64,000 bases of DNA, taken from an uncultured Gemmatimonadales bacterium (lineage in GTDB: Bacteria > Gemmatimonadota > Gemmatimonadetes > Gemmatimonadales > GWC2-71-9). The DNA is taken from positions 192,001-256,000 of the forward strand of contig CAVYSW010000009.1 of the NCBI GenBank assembly GCA_963771275.1, read 5' to 3'. This document shows positions 51,896 through 60,153 of this stretch, piece by piece. The position numbers and the translations under genes were made by a program. The notes under the pieces were generated by a model. That model saw only the letters and a list, made by a program, of their open reading frames with translations. It was not told where the DNA came from and ran no database searches. How positions within the stretch are numbered: the stretch's first letter is position 1; the number at the start of each line of letters is the position of its first letter.

Positions 51896-53416
51896 ATGCT
51901 GCGCCGCCTCACGATCGTTGGTCTCGTTGCGCTCACCCCGGCCGGTGTGGCGGCCCAGGGCGACGGCGTGGCGGCCGCCCGCGCCTGGCGCCAGGCGCAC
52001 GGCGCCGACGTGCTGCGCAGCTTCGCGGACCTGCTGGCCATGCCCAACGTGGCCAGCGACGCGGTGGGGATCCGGCGCAACGCCACCGCCCTGCGCGAGG
52101 CCTTGACGCGGCGCGGCGTGCGGGCCGAGCTGCTCACCGTGCCCGGGGCTCCGCCCATCGTGTACGGCCGGGTCACCGTCGCCGGCGCGCGGCGCACCAT
52201 CGCGCTCTACGCCCACTACGACGGCCAGCCGGCCGACTCGACACGGTGGCGCGAGAATCCCTGGACCCCCACCCTGTACACCCGCGCCGTCGAAGCGGGC
52301 GGCACCCCCCGGCCGTTTCCCGGCCCCGGTGAGGAGATCGATCCGGAGTGGCGCCTGTATGCCCGGTCGGCGGGCGACGACAAGGCGCCGATTGGGGCGG
52401 TGCTCGCGGTGCTCGACGCGTTCCGCGCCGGGAACGTCACCCCGACCTCGAATCTCGTGTTCTTCTTCGAGGGCGAAGAGGAGGCAGGCTCCCCACACCT
52501 GGGCGAGTACCTGCGCACTTACCGCGACCGGATTGCGGACGTCGGCATCTGGCTGTTCCTCGACGGGCCGGTGCACCAGAGCGGTCGCCCGCTGATCGCG
52601 TTCGGCGCGCGCGGCGTCGCGACGCTCGAGATCACGCTGTACGGCGCCAACCGGTCGCTCCACAGCGGGCACTACGGCAACTGGGCCCCGGACCCCGGCG
52701 GGATGCTCGCCCGGCTGCTCGCCGCGATGAAGAACGACAGCGGTCGGGTGCTGATTCCCGGGTTCTACGAGACGACGGAACCGATCAGCGAGGCGGAGCG
52801 CGACGCGCTCCGCCGCCTGCCGGACTACGACGCCGCGCTCAAGCGCGAGCTGGGCCTGGCGCGCACCGAGGGCGAGCCGGCGTCCCTGGCCGAGCGCCTG
52901 CTGCTGCCGTCGCTCACGGTCCAGGGGCTGCGCAGCGCCGACGTAGGGCGGCTGGCGGCCAACGTCATCCCGGCGACCGCGACGGCGAGCCTGGGCATCC
53001 GCCTGGTCAGGGGGAATGACCCGGCGCACATGCTCGATCTCGTCGAGACGTACGTCCGGAGCCAGGGCTACCACATCGTGCGGGACGACCCCGACCAGGC
53101 CACGCGGCTGCGCTATCCCCGCATCGCCAGGGTCGTGCGCGAGCAGGGCTACCCCGCGGCGCGCGCTCCGATGGACGCGCCGGCCGTGCGGGACGTGGTG
53201 GCCGCCGCGCGCCGCGTCGCGGGCGAGGATCTCGTGCTGCTGCCCACGATGGGCGGCTCGCTCCCGCTCTACCTGTTTACCGGTGGCGGGGCCCAGGTGC
53301 TGGTCGTCCCGGTCGCCAACTACGACGACAACCAGCACGCCGCCGACGAGAACCTGCGGATCGGGAACCTGTGGTACGCGATCGACGTGTTCGGCGCGCT
53401 CCTCACGATGCCCTGA
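51896..53416 (+). CDS. M20/M25/M40 family metallopeptidase, exported
   Basis: YAHYDGQP, ARSAGDDK, EGEEEAGS, LHSGHYGN, QHAADEN. Confidence 0.92.
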   Translation: MLRRLTIVGLVALTPAGVAAQGDGVAAARAWRQAHGADVLRSFADLLAMPNVASDAVGIRRNATALREALTRRGVRAELLTVPGAPPIVYGRVTVAGARRTIALYAHYDGQPADSTRWRENPWTPTLYTRAVEAGGTPRPFPGPGEEIDPEWRLYARSAGDDKAPIGAVLAVLDAFRAGNVTPTSNLVFFFEGEEEAGSPHLGEYLRTYRDRIADVGIWLFLDGPVHQSGRPLIAFGARGVATLEITLYGANRSLHSGHYGNWAPDPGGMLARLLAAMKNDSGRVLIPGFYETTEPISEAERDALRRLPDYDAALKRELGLARTEGEPASLAERLLLPSLTVQGLRSADVGRLAANVIPATATASLGIRLVRGNDPAHMLDLVETYVRSQGYHIVRDDPDQATRLRYPRIARVVREQGYPAARAPMDAPAVRDVVAAARRVAGEDLVLLPTMGGSLPLYLFTGGGAQVLVVPVANYDDNQHAADENLRIGNLWYAIDVFGALLTMP

Positions 53417-53423
53417 GCGCCGC

Positions 53424-54161
53424 GTGGACCCGACCCTCGTCGTCCTGCTGTACTCGTCGCTGTCGGCCGGCACCGCCGTGCTGGGCGGCGGGCCGTTTCT
53501 GTTCGGCAGGCGTCTTCCCATCGAGCGGATCGGATGGGCTAACGCCCTCGCCGCGGGCATGATGCTGGGGGCGGCCTACGTGCTCCTCGTCGCGGGCCTG
53601 TCGCCCGCCCGCAGCGTCGTGCCGATCGCGGCGGGGACGATCCTCGGCATCGGGTTCGTGTGGTGGACGCACGCCGCCGCCGGCACCGAGGAGATGAGCC
53701 TCAATCGCCTCGACGATCCGGGCCCCACGTACGGCTACCAGGTCCTGCTCGCCAACTCGCTGCACTCGGCGTCGGAGGGGGTCGCGATCGGGACCGCGAT
53801 GGCCCTGAGCCTGCCGTTCGGGATCTTCGTGGCGCTGGCGATCGCCGCGCACAACATCCCCGAGGCCACCGTGCTGTGCGCGATTCTCACGGGGCGCCGC
53901 GTGTCCGTGGCGAACGCCGCCGGGCTCGCGGTGGCGGCCAACGTCGGTCAGATCCTGCTGGCGATCGTCACGTTCGCCATCGTGGACGCGGCACCCGCCG
54001 TGCTGCCCTGGGCGCTGGGGTTCGCCGTGGGTGCGCTGATCCAGCTCGTGATGGTGGAGCTGCTGCCGGAGTCCTACCGGCAGGCCGGACACCGGACCAT
54101 CGCCCTCGTCGCGATCGTGGCGATGGGGTTCGTCGTGCTCCTCAGCACGTTCGCGCCGTGA
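53424..54161 (+). CDS. ZIP family metal transporter
   Basis: ALAAGMML, HSASEG, HNIPEA, GFAVGA, ELLPES. Confidence 0.85.
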   Translation: MDPTLVVLLYSSLSAGTAVLGGGPFLFGRRLPIERIGWANALAAGMMLGAAYVLLVAGLSPARSVVPIAAGTILGIGFVWWTHAAAGTEEMSLNRLDDPGPTYGYQVLLANSLHSASEGVAIGTAMALSLPFGIFVALAIAAHNIPEATVLCAILTGRRVSVANAAGLAVAANVGQILLAIVTFAIVDAAPAVLPWALGFAVGALIQLVMVELLPESYRQAGHRTIALVAIVAMGFVVLLSTFAP

Positions 54162-54889
54162 CCGCCACTCCCACCACCGTCTTTCTCGCCGCCCTCGCGA
54201 CGGCCCTGGCCACGGGGCTGGGGGCGGTGCCGTTCATCTTCCTCCGCCGGATCTCGCCGGTGGTGGTCGCGTCCGCCAACGCGATCGCCGGGGGCCTGAT
54301 GCTGGGGGCGAGCTTCGGCATCGTGGCCGAGAGCTCGCAGTTCGGGGCGTGGCAGACCCTGGGGGGGGCGCTGCTGGGCGTGCTGTTCATCGTCGGCACA
54401 CAGCGGCTGATCGGCGACCGTGAGGTCTCGTTCGGCGCGGTCCGTGGCGCCGACGCCCGCCAGATGGTGCTGATCGTCCTGGTGATGACGATTCACTCGT
54501 TCGCCGAAGGCGTGGCGGTCGGCGTGTCGTTCGGGGGCGGGGCGACACTGGCCCTGATGATCACGCTCGCCATCGCGATCCACAACATCCCCGAGGGCCT
54601 TGCCATCAGCGCCGTGCTGCGGCCGCGCGGCGTTGGCGTCCTGGCGTGCGTCGGCTGGAGCATCGTCTCGTCCCTGCCGCAGCCGCTCATGGCGGTGCCC
54701 GCGTTCCTGTTCGTCGAGACGTTCCGCAAGGCCCTGCCGTACGGACTCGGCTTCGCGGCGGGCGCCATGGTCTTCATGGTGCTCGAAGAGCTGCTTCCTG
54801 AGGCGTATGACCGCGCGCCGCGGCCACTCGTGGCCCTCCAGGTGAGCCTCACGCTGGTGGGGATGGTGCTGTTCCAGCAGTTCTTGTGA
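54158..54889 (+). CDS. ZIP family metal transporter (GufA-like)
   Basis: TGLGAVP, HSFAEG, HNIPEGLA, GFAAGAM, ELLPEA; GTGA overlap. Confidence 0.9.
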   Translation: MTATPTTVFLAALATALATGLGAVPFIFLRRISPVVVASANAIAGGLMLGASFGIVAESSQFGAWQTLGGALLGVLFIVGTQRLIGDREVSFGAVRGADARQMVLIVLVMTIHSFAEGVAVGVSFGGGATLALMITLAIAIHNIPEGLAISAVLRPRGVGVLACVGWSIVSSLPQPLMAVPAFLFVETFRKALPYGLGFAAGAMVFMVLEELLPEAYDRAPRPLVALQVSLTLVGMVLFQQFL

Positions 54890-54897
54890 CCACTGCA

Positions 54898-55016
54898 GCG
54901 GCAGAAGAGGCGGAGGCGGCAGGGGATTGAACGGCCCCGGGACGACTCGGCTGCCGCATGTGCTGCGTCTGCCACATCCGCCGCCCCTGCCGCATCTGCC
55001 GTCCTCTACCGTATCT
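54898..55016. repeat. Nonamer-arm palindrome (CTGCCGCAT family)
   Basis: gcggcagaa gaggcggag gcggcaggg ... ctgccgcat gtgctgcgt ctgccacat ccgccgccc ctgccgcat ctgccgtcct ctaccgtat. Confidence 0.75.
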
Positions 55017-55055
55017 GAGTAGATTGCCGACCCACACGGGAGGACGAAGTACGAG

Positions 55056-55619
55056 ATGTCGATTACCGCCACCAACATCCGCCGCGGCATGGCCATCATG
55101 TTCGAGGGCGAGCCGTGCCGCGTCATCGAGTTCCATCACCACACGCCCGGGAATCTGCGGGCGATGGTGCACGCCAAGCTGCGCAAGCTCAAGTCCAACG
55201 CCACCATCGAGCACCGGTTCCGGGCGGTGGACCAGGTCCAGGAGGCGAGCCTCGAGACCCACGAGCTGGAGTTCCTGTACCGGGCAGGCGACAGTTACCA
55301 TTTTATGAACATCGAGAATTACGACCAGGTCGAGATGGACGCCGAGGCCCTGGGCGACGCCGCCCCCTGGGTCACGGAAGGCATGAAGATCATCGCCGAG
55401 TTCTTCGAGGGCCGGCCGGTCGCGATCGACCTCCCGTCGTCGCTGGTTTACGAGATCGTGGAAACGGCCCCCGTCATGCGGGGCGCCACGAAGACGGCGT
55501 CCACCAAGCCGGCGAAGCTGGCGAACGGCGCGACGGTCAACATCCCCGAGTTCATCGGCACGGGCGAGAAGATCCGCGTGAACCCCAACACCGGCGAGTA
55601 CCTGGATCGCGCGAAGTAG
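55056..55619 (+). CDS. efp: Elongation factor P
   Basis: IRRGMAI, FLYR.GD.YHFM..ENYDQ, KPAKLANG, PEFI..GEKIRVN, GEYLDRA; GGAGG RBS. Confidence 0.95.
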   Translation: MSITATNIRRGMAIMFEGEPCRVIEFHHHTPGNLRAMVHAKLRKLKSNATIEHRFRAVDQVQEASLETHELEFLYRAGDSYHFMNIENYDQVEMDAEALGDAAPWVTEGMKIIAEFFEGRPVAIDLPSSLVYEIVETAPVMRGATKTASTKPAKLANGATVNIPEFIGTGEKIRVNPNTGEYLDRAK

Positions 55620-55637
55620 CGGAGCGGCGCGCCGAGC

Positions 55638-56522
55638 TCAGCGGGCGACCGGCAGCTCCGCGTGGCGGCTCCACTGCTGGAACGACCCGTCGTACAGCCG
55701 CACGTCGTACCCCAGTCGTCGGGCGGTGAAGTACACCACCGTGGCCTGCTGGCCGGCGTGACAGTACGGCACGACGCGCTTTCCGGGCCCGGCGCCGGCA
55801 TCACGCAGCAACTGCTCCGCGGCCGGGAGAGCGAGCAGCCGGCCGTCACGGATCAGGCGCGAGAAGGGCACGTTCTTCGCCCCGGGGATGCGGCCGGCGC
55901 GCGGCTGCGATCCCGCATCGCTGCCGTCCCAGAAGCGCGGCTCCCGGGTGTCCACCACCACGACCTGCCGGTCCTCGAGGTGCCGGGCGAGCCACGCCAG
56001 CTCGACCGTCACGGCGCGCGGGCGCGCGGTGAGCCGCCCCGGCGCCGCGGGCGCCGGGACCACGGCGGTCACCGCACCTCCGGCCGCCTGCCACGCCGCC
56101 AGGCCCCCGTCGAGAATCGACGCCCGCTCGGCGAGTCCCAGTCGGTCGAGCGTGAACCACACGCGCGTGGTCGGCGGCAGCCAATCGGCGTCCCAGTACA
56201 GCACGATCCGGGAGCCGTCGGTCACGCCGAGCGCCTGGAATGCGCGCACCAGATCCTCCACCGGCGGCAGCTCGAGGGCGAGCGTGTCCGTGCGCGTCGT
56301 GATCGCGCTGACCTGTACCAGACGGGCGCCCGGGATGTGGGCGCGCGCGTAGCCGTCCGGCGGGCCCACGTGCAGCAGCACGAGCCCGGCATCGTGGAGA
56401 TGCGCCTGGAGCCACGCGGCGTCCACGATCGCGTCGGGAAGCGCCGGTGCGGGGCGAGCAGCCGGGGGCCGGAGGGGTGGGGCCGCAACACTGAGCATCA
56501 GGGTCAGGGCGAGAGTGACCAT
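55638..56522 (-). CDS. Exported two-domain sulfurtransferase (rhodanese/SseA-like)
   Basis: Signal peptide; HIPGA, LDGGLAAW, GRIPGA, active-site YCHAGQQA, YDGSFQQW. Confidence 0.9.
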   Translation of the reverse strand: MVTLALTLMLSVAAPPLRPPAARPAPALPDAIVDAAWLQAHLHDAGLVLLHVGPPDGYARAHIPGARLVQVSAITTRTDTLALELPPVEDLVRAFQALGVTDGSRIVLYWDADWLPPTTRVWFTLDRLGLAERASILDGGLAAWQAAGGAVTAVVPAPAAPGRLTARPRAVTVELAWLARHLEDRQVVVVDTREPRFWDGSDAGSQPRAGRIPGAKNVPFSRLIRDGRLLALPAAEQLLRDAGAGPGKRVVPYCHAGQQATVVYFTARRLGYDVRLYDGSFQQWSRHAELPVAR

Positions 56523-56624
56523 GGGTTCTCCAATCAACACAGGCCGTGACGGTGCCGGGGCGTTCCGCTGGACGGTAACCGTCCGGCTGCCCGCCACGCC
56601 AGGGCTCCCCGGGGCATGAAGCAC

Positions 56625-56653
56625 CGTGGCCGCCCTCATCGGGGGCGGCCACG
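56625..56653. other. Strong 11-bp hairpin (possible terminator or processing stem)
   Basis: cgtggccgccc-tcatcgg-gggcggccacg. Confidence 0.5.
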
Positions 56654-56679
56654 CGCTTGTGGGGGAACAGGAGGCCGGC

Positions 56680-57129
56680 TTACGGCGTGATCGTCGGGCC
56701 CTTGATCGTGTACAGCTGATAGTTCTTGAAGTTGCCCTTCTGATCGGGCCACTCCGTGTTGCCCTTCGAGCCACTGCCCAGGGTCACGGCCAGGTAGAAT
56801 CCCACCTGATCGCCGAACCCCCGCTGGAAGTCGCGCGCCGCGTCGCCGCTCTTGAGCGGGTGCTTGATCTCGTAGACGAACTTCCCGGTCGCGGCGTTGT
56901 ACGCCGCGGCACCCACGCCGTCCTTCATGCCGCCCGCCGAGGTATCGTCCGGGCCGCAGTCCGACTGCTTGCTGCCGACGCACGCCTGGCTCAGGAACCG
57001 ATCGCGGAACAGCCAGGTGCCGGTGGAGATCTTGGCGAGGCTGAGGATGTCGTCGTCCGCGGACTCGCCTCCAGGCGGCGTGTTGTCGAACTCGGGTGGC
57101 GTCGCACCGGCGCCACCCGCGAAAGGCAC
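56680..57129 (-). CDS. Hypothetical protein, probably an N-terminally truncated extracellular beta-sandwich domain
   Basis: Good codon bias; YEIKHPL.SGD and a Cys pair; no signal peptide or clear RBS. Confidence 0.5.
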   Translation of the reverse strand: MPFAGGAGATPPEFDNTPPGGESADDDILSLAKISTGTWLFRDRFLSQACVGSKQSDCGPDDTSAGGMKDGVGAAAYNAATGKFVYEIKHPLKSGDAARDFQRGFGDQVGFYLAVTLGSGSKGNTEWPDQKGNFKNYQLYTIKGPTITP

Positions 57130-57156
57130 CTTGCTCCATGACCTGCCGTTCCCCGC

Positions 57157-59202
57157 TCAGTCGCCCACCGCCCACGCGCTGCGCACGTACGGCGCCTCGT
57201 GCACCGCCGCCGCCCGCCGCTTGGTGAAGACCGCGTGCCACTCGCGCGCCGCGGCGAGCAGCACGAGGATCACCACCGCCATGAATGCCAGGGCGAGCCC
57301 GGCGTCGACGTAATCGTTCACGATCAGCCGCGTCGCGTCGGCGTTGGCGCTTCCGGCCAGCGAGCGCGCGTGCGCGAGGAAGCCGAGCCGGGGGCTCGGC
57401 GCGAACACCTTGGCGATCCCCGCGGACATCGTGACGATGACCAGCCACACCAGCGGCAGGGCCGTGATCCAGACGTAGCGGGCCTTCCCCATCTTGATGA
57501 AGATCGTGGTCGCCACGGTGAGCGCGATCGCCGCGAGCAGCTGGTTCGAGATGCCGAACAGCGGCCACAGCGAGTTGATCCCGCCCAGCGGGTCGAGCAC
57601 CCCCTGGACGAGGAAGTACCCCCATGCGGCCGACACGACGGCGCTGGCGAAGATGTTGGCCGGGTACGACGACGTGACGCCGAGCTTCGGCACCAGCTGG
57701 CCGCCGAGCTCCTGGAGCATGAAGCGTCCCACCCGCGTCCCGGCGTCGATCGTGGTGAGGATGAACAGCGCCTCGAACATGATCGCGAAATGGTACCACA
57801 GCCCCATCAGGGCGCCCGCCCCCAAATGGCTCGTCAGGTTCGAGAAGATGTGCGCCATCCCCACGGCCAGCGAGGGTGCCCCGCCGGTGCGCGACAGCAG
57901 CGAGTGCTCGCCCACGGCCGCCGTGATGCGATGGAACTCGTCGGGTGACAGCGTGAATCCCCAGCTGCCGATCGTCTGGGCCGCCTGCTCCACCGTGCTG
58001 CCGATGATGCCGGCCGGCGAGTTGATCGCGAAGTAGACACCCGGGTCGAGCACCGCGGCGGCGCACATCGCCATCACGCCGACGAACGACTCGGTGAGCA
58101 TCCCGCCGTAGCCGATGAACGGCATGTCACCCTCCCGCCGGATCATCTTGGGCGTCGTGCCGGACGCCACGAGCGCGTGGAATCCGCTGATCGCCCCGCA
58201 GGCAATGGTGATGAACGCGAACGGGAACACTTTCCCCGCGAAGATCGGCCCCGTGCCGTCCACGAACTGCGTGACGGCCGGCAGCCGGAGCGGCGGCAGC
58301 ACGATCAGGATCGCGATGCCGAGCGCGCCGATCGTCCCGAGCTTCATGAACGTCGAGAGGTAGTCGCGCGGCGCCAGCAGCAGCCAGACCGGCAGCACCG
58401 ACGCGATGAAGCCGTAGCCGATGACGAGATAGGCGAGCGTCGTCGCCTTGAAGGTGAACAGGTTGGCGAGGACCGGATGCTCGGCCACCAGCTTGCCGCC
58501 GTACAGGGCGAGCAGCAGGAGCGCCACGCCGCCGATCGTCGCCTCGACCGTCTTGCCCTTCCGGAACACGTTCATCCACCAGCCCATGGCGATCGCGATC
58601 GGGATGGTGCAGGCGATGGTGAACGTGCCCCACGGGCTCTCGGCGAGCGCGCGGACCACCACGAGGGCGAGCACCGCCAGCAGGATCACCATGATGGCGA
58701 GAATCGCGATCATGGCCGCCGTGCCCGTCACGCGGTTCACTTCCTCCTTCGCCATCTGGCCCAGCGACTTGCCGTCCCGCCGCACCGAGGCGAACAGAAT
58801 CACGAAGTCCTGCACCGCGCCCGCGAGCACGACACCGATGATCAGCCAGAGGGTTCCCGGCAGATAGCCGAATTGCGCCGCGAGGACGGGCCCCACGAGC
58901 GGGCCCGCGCCCGCGATGGCGGCGAAGTGGTGCCCGTACAGGACCCACCGGTTGGTCGGCACGAAGTCGCGCCCGTTCTCGAGCCGCTCGGCGGGGGTGG
59001 CGCGCGTGTCGTCCAGCGCCATCACCTTGCGGGCGATGTACCGGGCGTAGAACCGGTAGGCGACGGCATACGTGCAGAGCGCCGCCACGACGAGCCACCC
59101 GGCGTTGATCGTCTCGCCGCGGTGCAGCGCGAGCACGCCGAGGGCGCCGGTCCCGGCCGCCGCGACGAGGCCCCATATTAGGACCTTCAAGGTGGTGCGC
59201 AT
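57157..59202 (-). CDS. cstA: Carbon starvation protein A (peptide/pyruvate transporter)
   Basis: GHHFAAIAGAGPLVGP, APRDYLS, ACGAISGFHA, SRTGGAP, WPLFGISNQLLA. Confidence 0.96.
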   Translation of the reverse strand: MRTTLKVLIWGLVAAAGTGALGVLALHRGETINAGWLVVAALCTYAVAYRFYARYIARKVMALDDTRATPAERLENGRDFVPTNRWVLYGHHFAAIAGAGPLVGPVLAAQFGYLPGTLWLIIGVVLAGAVQDFVILFASVRRDGKSLGQMAKEEVNRVTGTAAMIAILAIMVILLAVLALVVVRALAESPWGTFTIACTIPIAIAMGWWMNVFRKGKTVEATIGGVALLLLALYGGKLVAEHPVLANLFTFKATTLAYLVIGYGFIASVLPVWLLLAPRDYLSTFMKLGTIGALGIAILIVLPPLRLPAVTQFVDGTGPIFAGKVFPFAFITIACGAISGFHALVASGTTPKMIRREGDMPFIGYGGMLTESFVGVMAMCAAAVLDPGVYFAINSPAGIIGSTVEQAAQTIGSWGFTLSPDEFHRITAAVGEHSLLSRTGGAPSLAVGMAHIFSNLTSHLGAGALMGLWYHFAIMFEALFILTTIDAGTRVGRFMLQELGGQLVPKLGVTSSYPANIFASAVVSAAWGYFLVQGVLDPLGGINSLWPLFGISNQLLAAIALTVATTIFIKMGKARYVWITALPLVWLVIVTMSAGIAKVFAPSPRLGFLAHARSLAGSANADATRLIVNDYVDAGLALAFMAVVILVLLAAAREWHAVFTKRRAAAVHEAPYVRSAWAVGD

Positions 59203-59253
59203 GGGGGGCATATCTACCAACTCCCCCCGCAGACGCAAGGTTGGGGGGCCGGC

Positions 59254-60003
59254 ATGCGATTCATGAACAAGGTCGTGCTGATCACCGGCGGCACCCGGGG
59301 CGTCGGGCTGGCCACCGCCCGGGCATTCGCCCAGGAGGGTGCCAGCGTCGTGATCACGGGGCTCGACGCGGCACGCGGCCGCGAGGCGGCGGGCATGGTC
59401 CTCCGAGCCACGTTCATGGAGGGCGACGTCCGGGTCGCGGCCGACTGCGGCCGCGTGGTTGCAGACACCACGAAGCGACTCGGACGACTCGACGTGCTCG
59501 TCAACAACGCGGGCGTGATCTATCGCAACCGCACGGTCGAGCAGACGACCGACGACGAGTGGGACACGACGTTCGCGACCAACGTGAAGGGCGCGTTCTT
59601 CATGAGCCGGAGCGCCCTGCCCGCCCTGCGCGCGACCACGGGCAACATCGTGAGTGTCGCGTCATACGCCGGCCTTGTGGGATTCGCGGGGGCGGCGGCC
59701 TACGCGGCGTCCAAGGCCGCCCTGGTGAACCTCACGCGCACGATGGCGCTCGACCACGCGGGCGAGGGCATCCGCGTCAACTGCGTATGTCCGGGGAGCG
59801 TCGAGACCGACATGATCTACCAGGCCTGGCAGGCGTTTCCCGACCCGGAGGCGGCGCGGCACCGGTGGGAGGAGAAGCACCCGCTCGGCCGGATCGCCAC
59901 CCCCGACGAGGTCGCCAAGGGGATCCTGTTCCTCGCGTCGGACGACGCGGCGTTCATCACCGGCGTCGCCCTGCCGGTGGATGGAGGGATCACGGCGGCC
60001 TGA
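59254..60003 (+). CDS. SDR family oxidoreductase
   Basis: ITGGTRGVG, NNAG, YAASK, IRVNCVCPG, VDGG. Confidence 0.93.
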   Translation: MRFMNKVVLITGGTRGVGLATARAFAQEGASVVITGLDAARGREAAGMVLRATFMEGDVRVAADCGRVVADTTKRLGRLDVLVNNAGVIYRNRTVEQTTDDEWDTTFATNVKGAFFMSRSALPALRATTGNIVSVASYAGLVGFAGAAAYAASKAALVNLTRTMALDHAGEGIRVNCVCPGSVETDMIYQAWQAFPDPEAARHRWEEKHPLGRIATPDEVAKGILFLASDDAAFITGVALPVDGGITAA

Positions 60004-60068
60004 ACCGGCGCCGCGCGCGCCTTGACGCCGCGCGCGTCGGCGGCTTACCGTTCGCCAAGTCGCAGTCA

Positions 60069-60125
60069 GGCGATGGAGTTCGCCGTACAACCGCCGCCAT
60101 GCCGAAGGCGGCTGATGACTCCTGT
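60069..60125 (+). ncRNA. Fluoride riboswitch (crcB motif) upstream of the dynamin-like gene
   Basis: GGCGATGGAGTTCGCC-GTACAACC-GCCGCC...GGCGGC-TGATGACTCCT: P1, P2 and the GGAGT/ACTCC pseudoknot; anti-SD stem onto AGGAG; TTGACG-N18-TACCGT promoter at 60022-60051. Confidence 0.9.
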
Positions 60126-60153
60126 CACCCTTTGGGTCGGCAGGAGTTCTTGC

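Noticed and set aside
51791..53560. Upstream part of the 767-aa minus-strand ORF
   Set aside because: Antisense to the M20 peptidase; only the last ~175 codons (DUF2231-like) look real.
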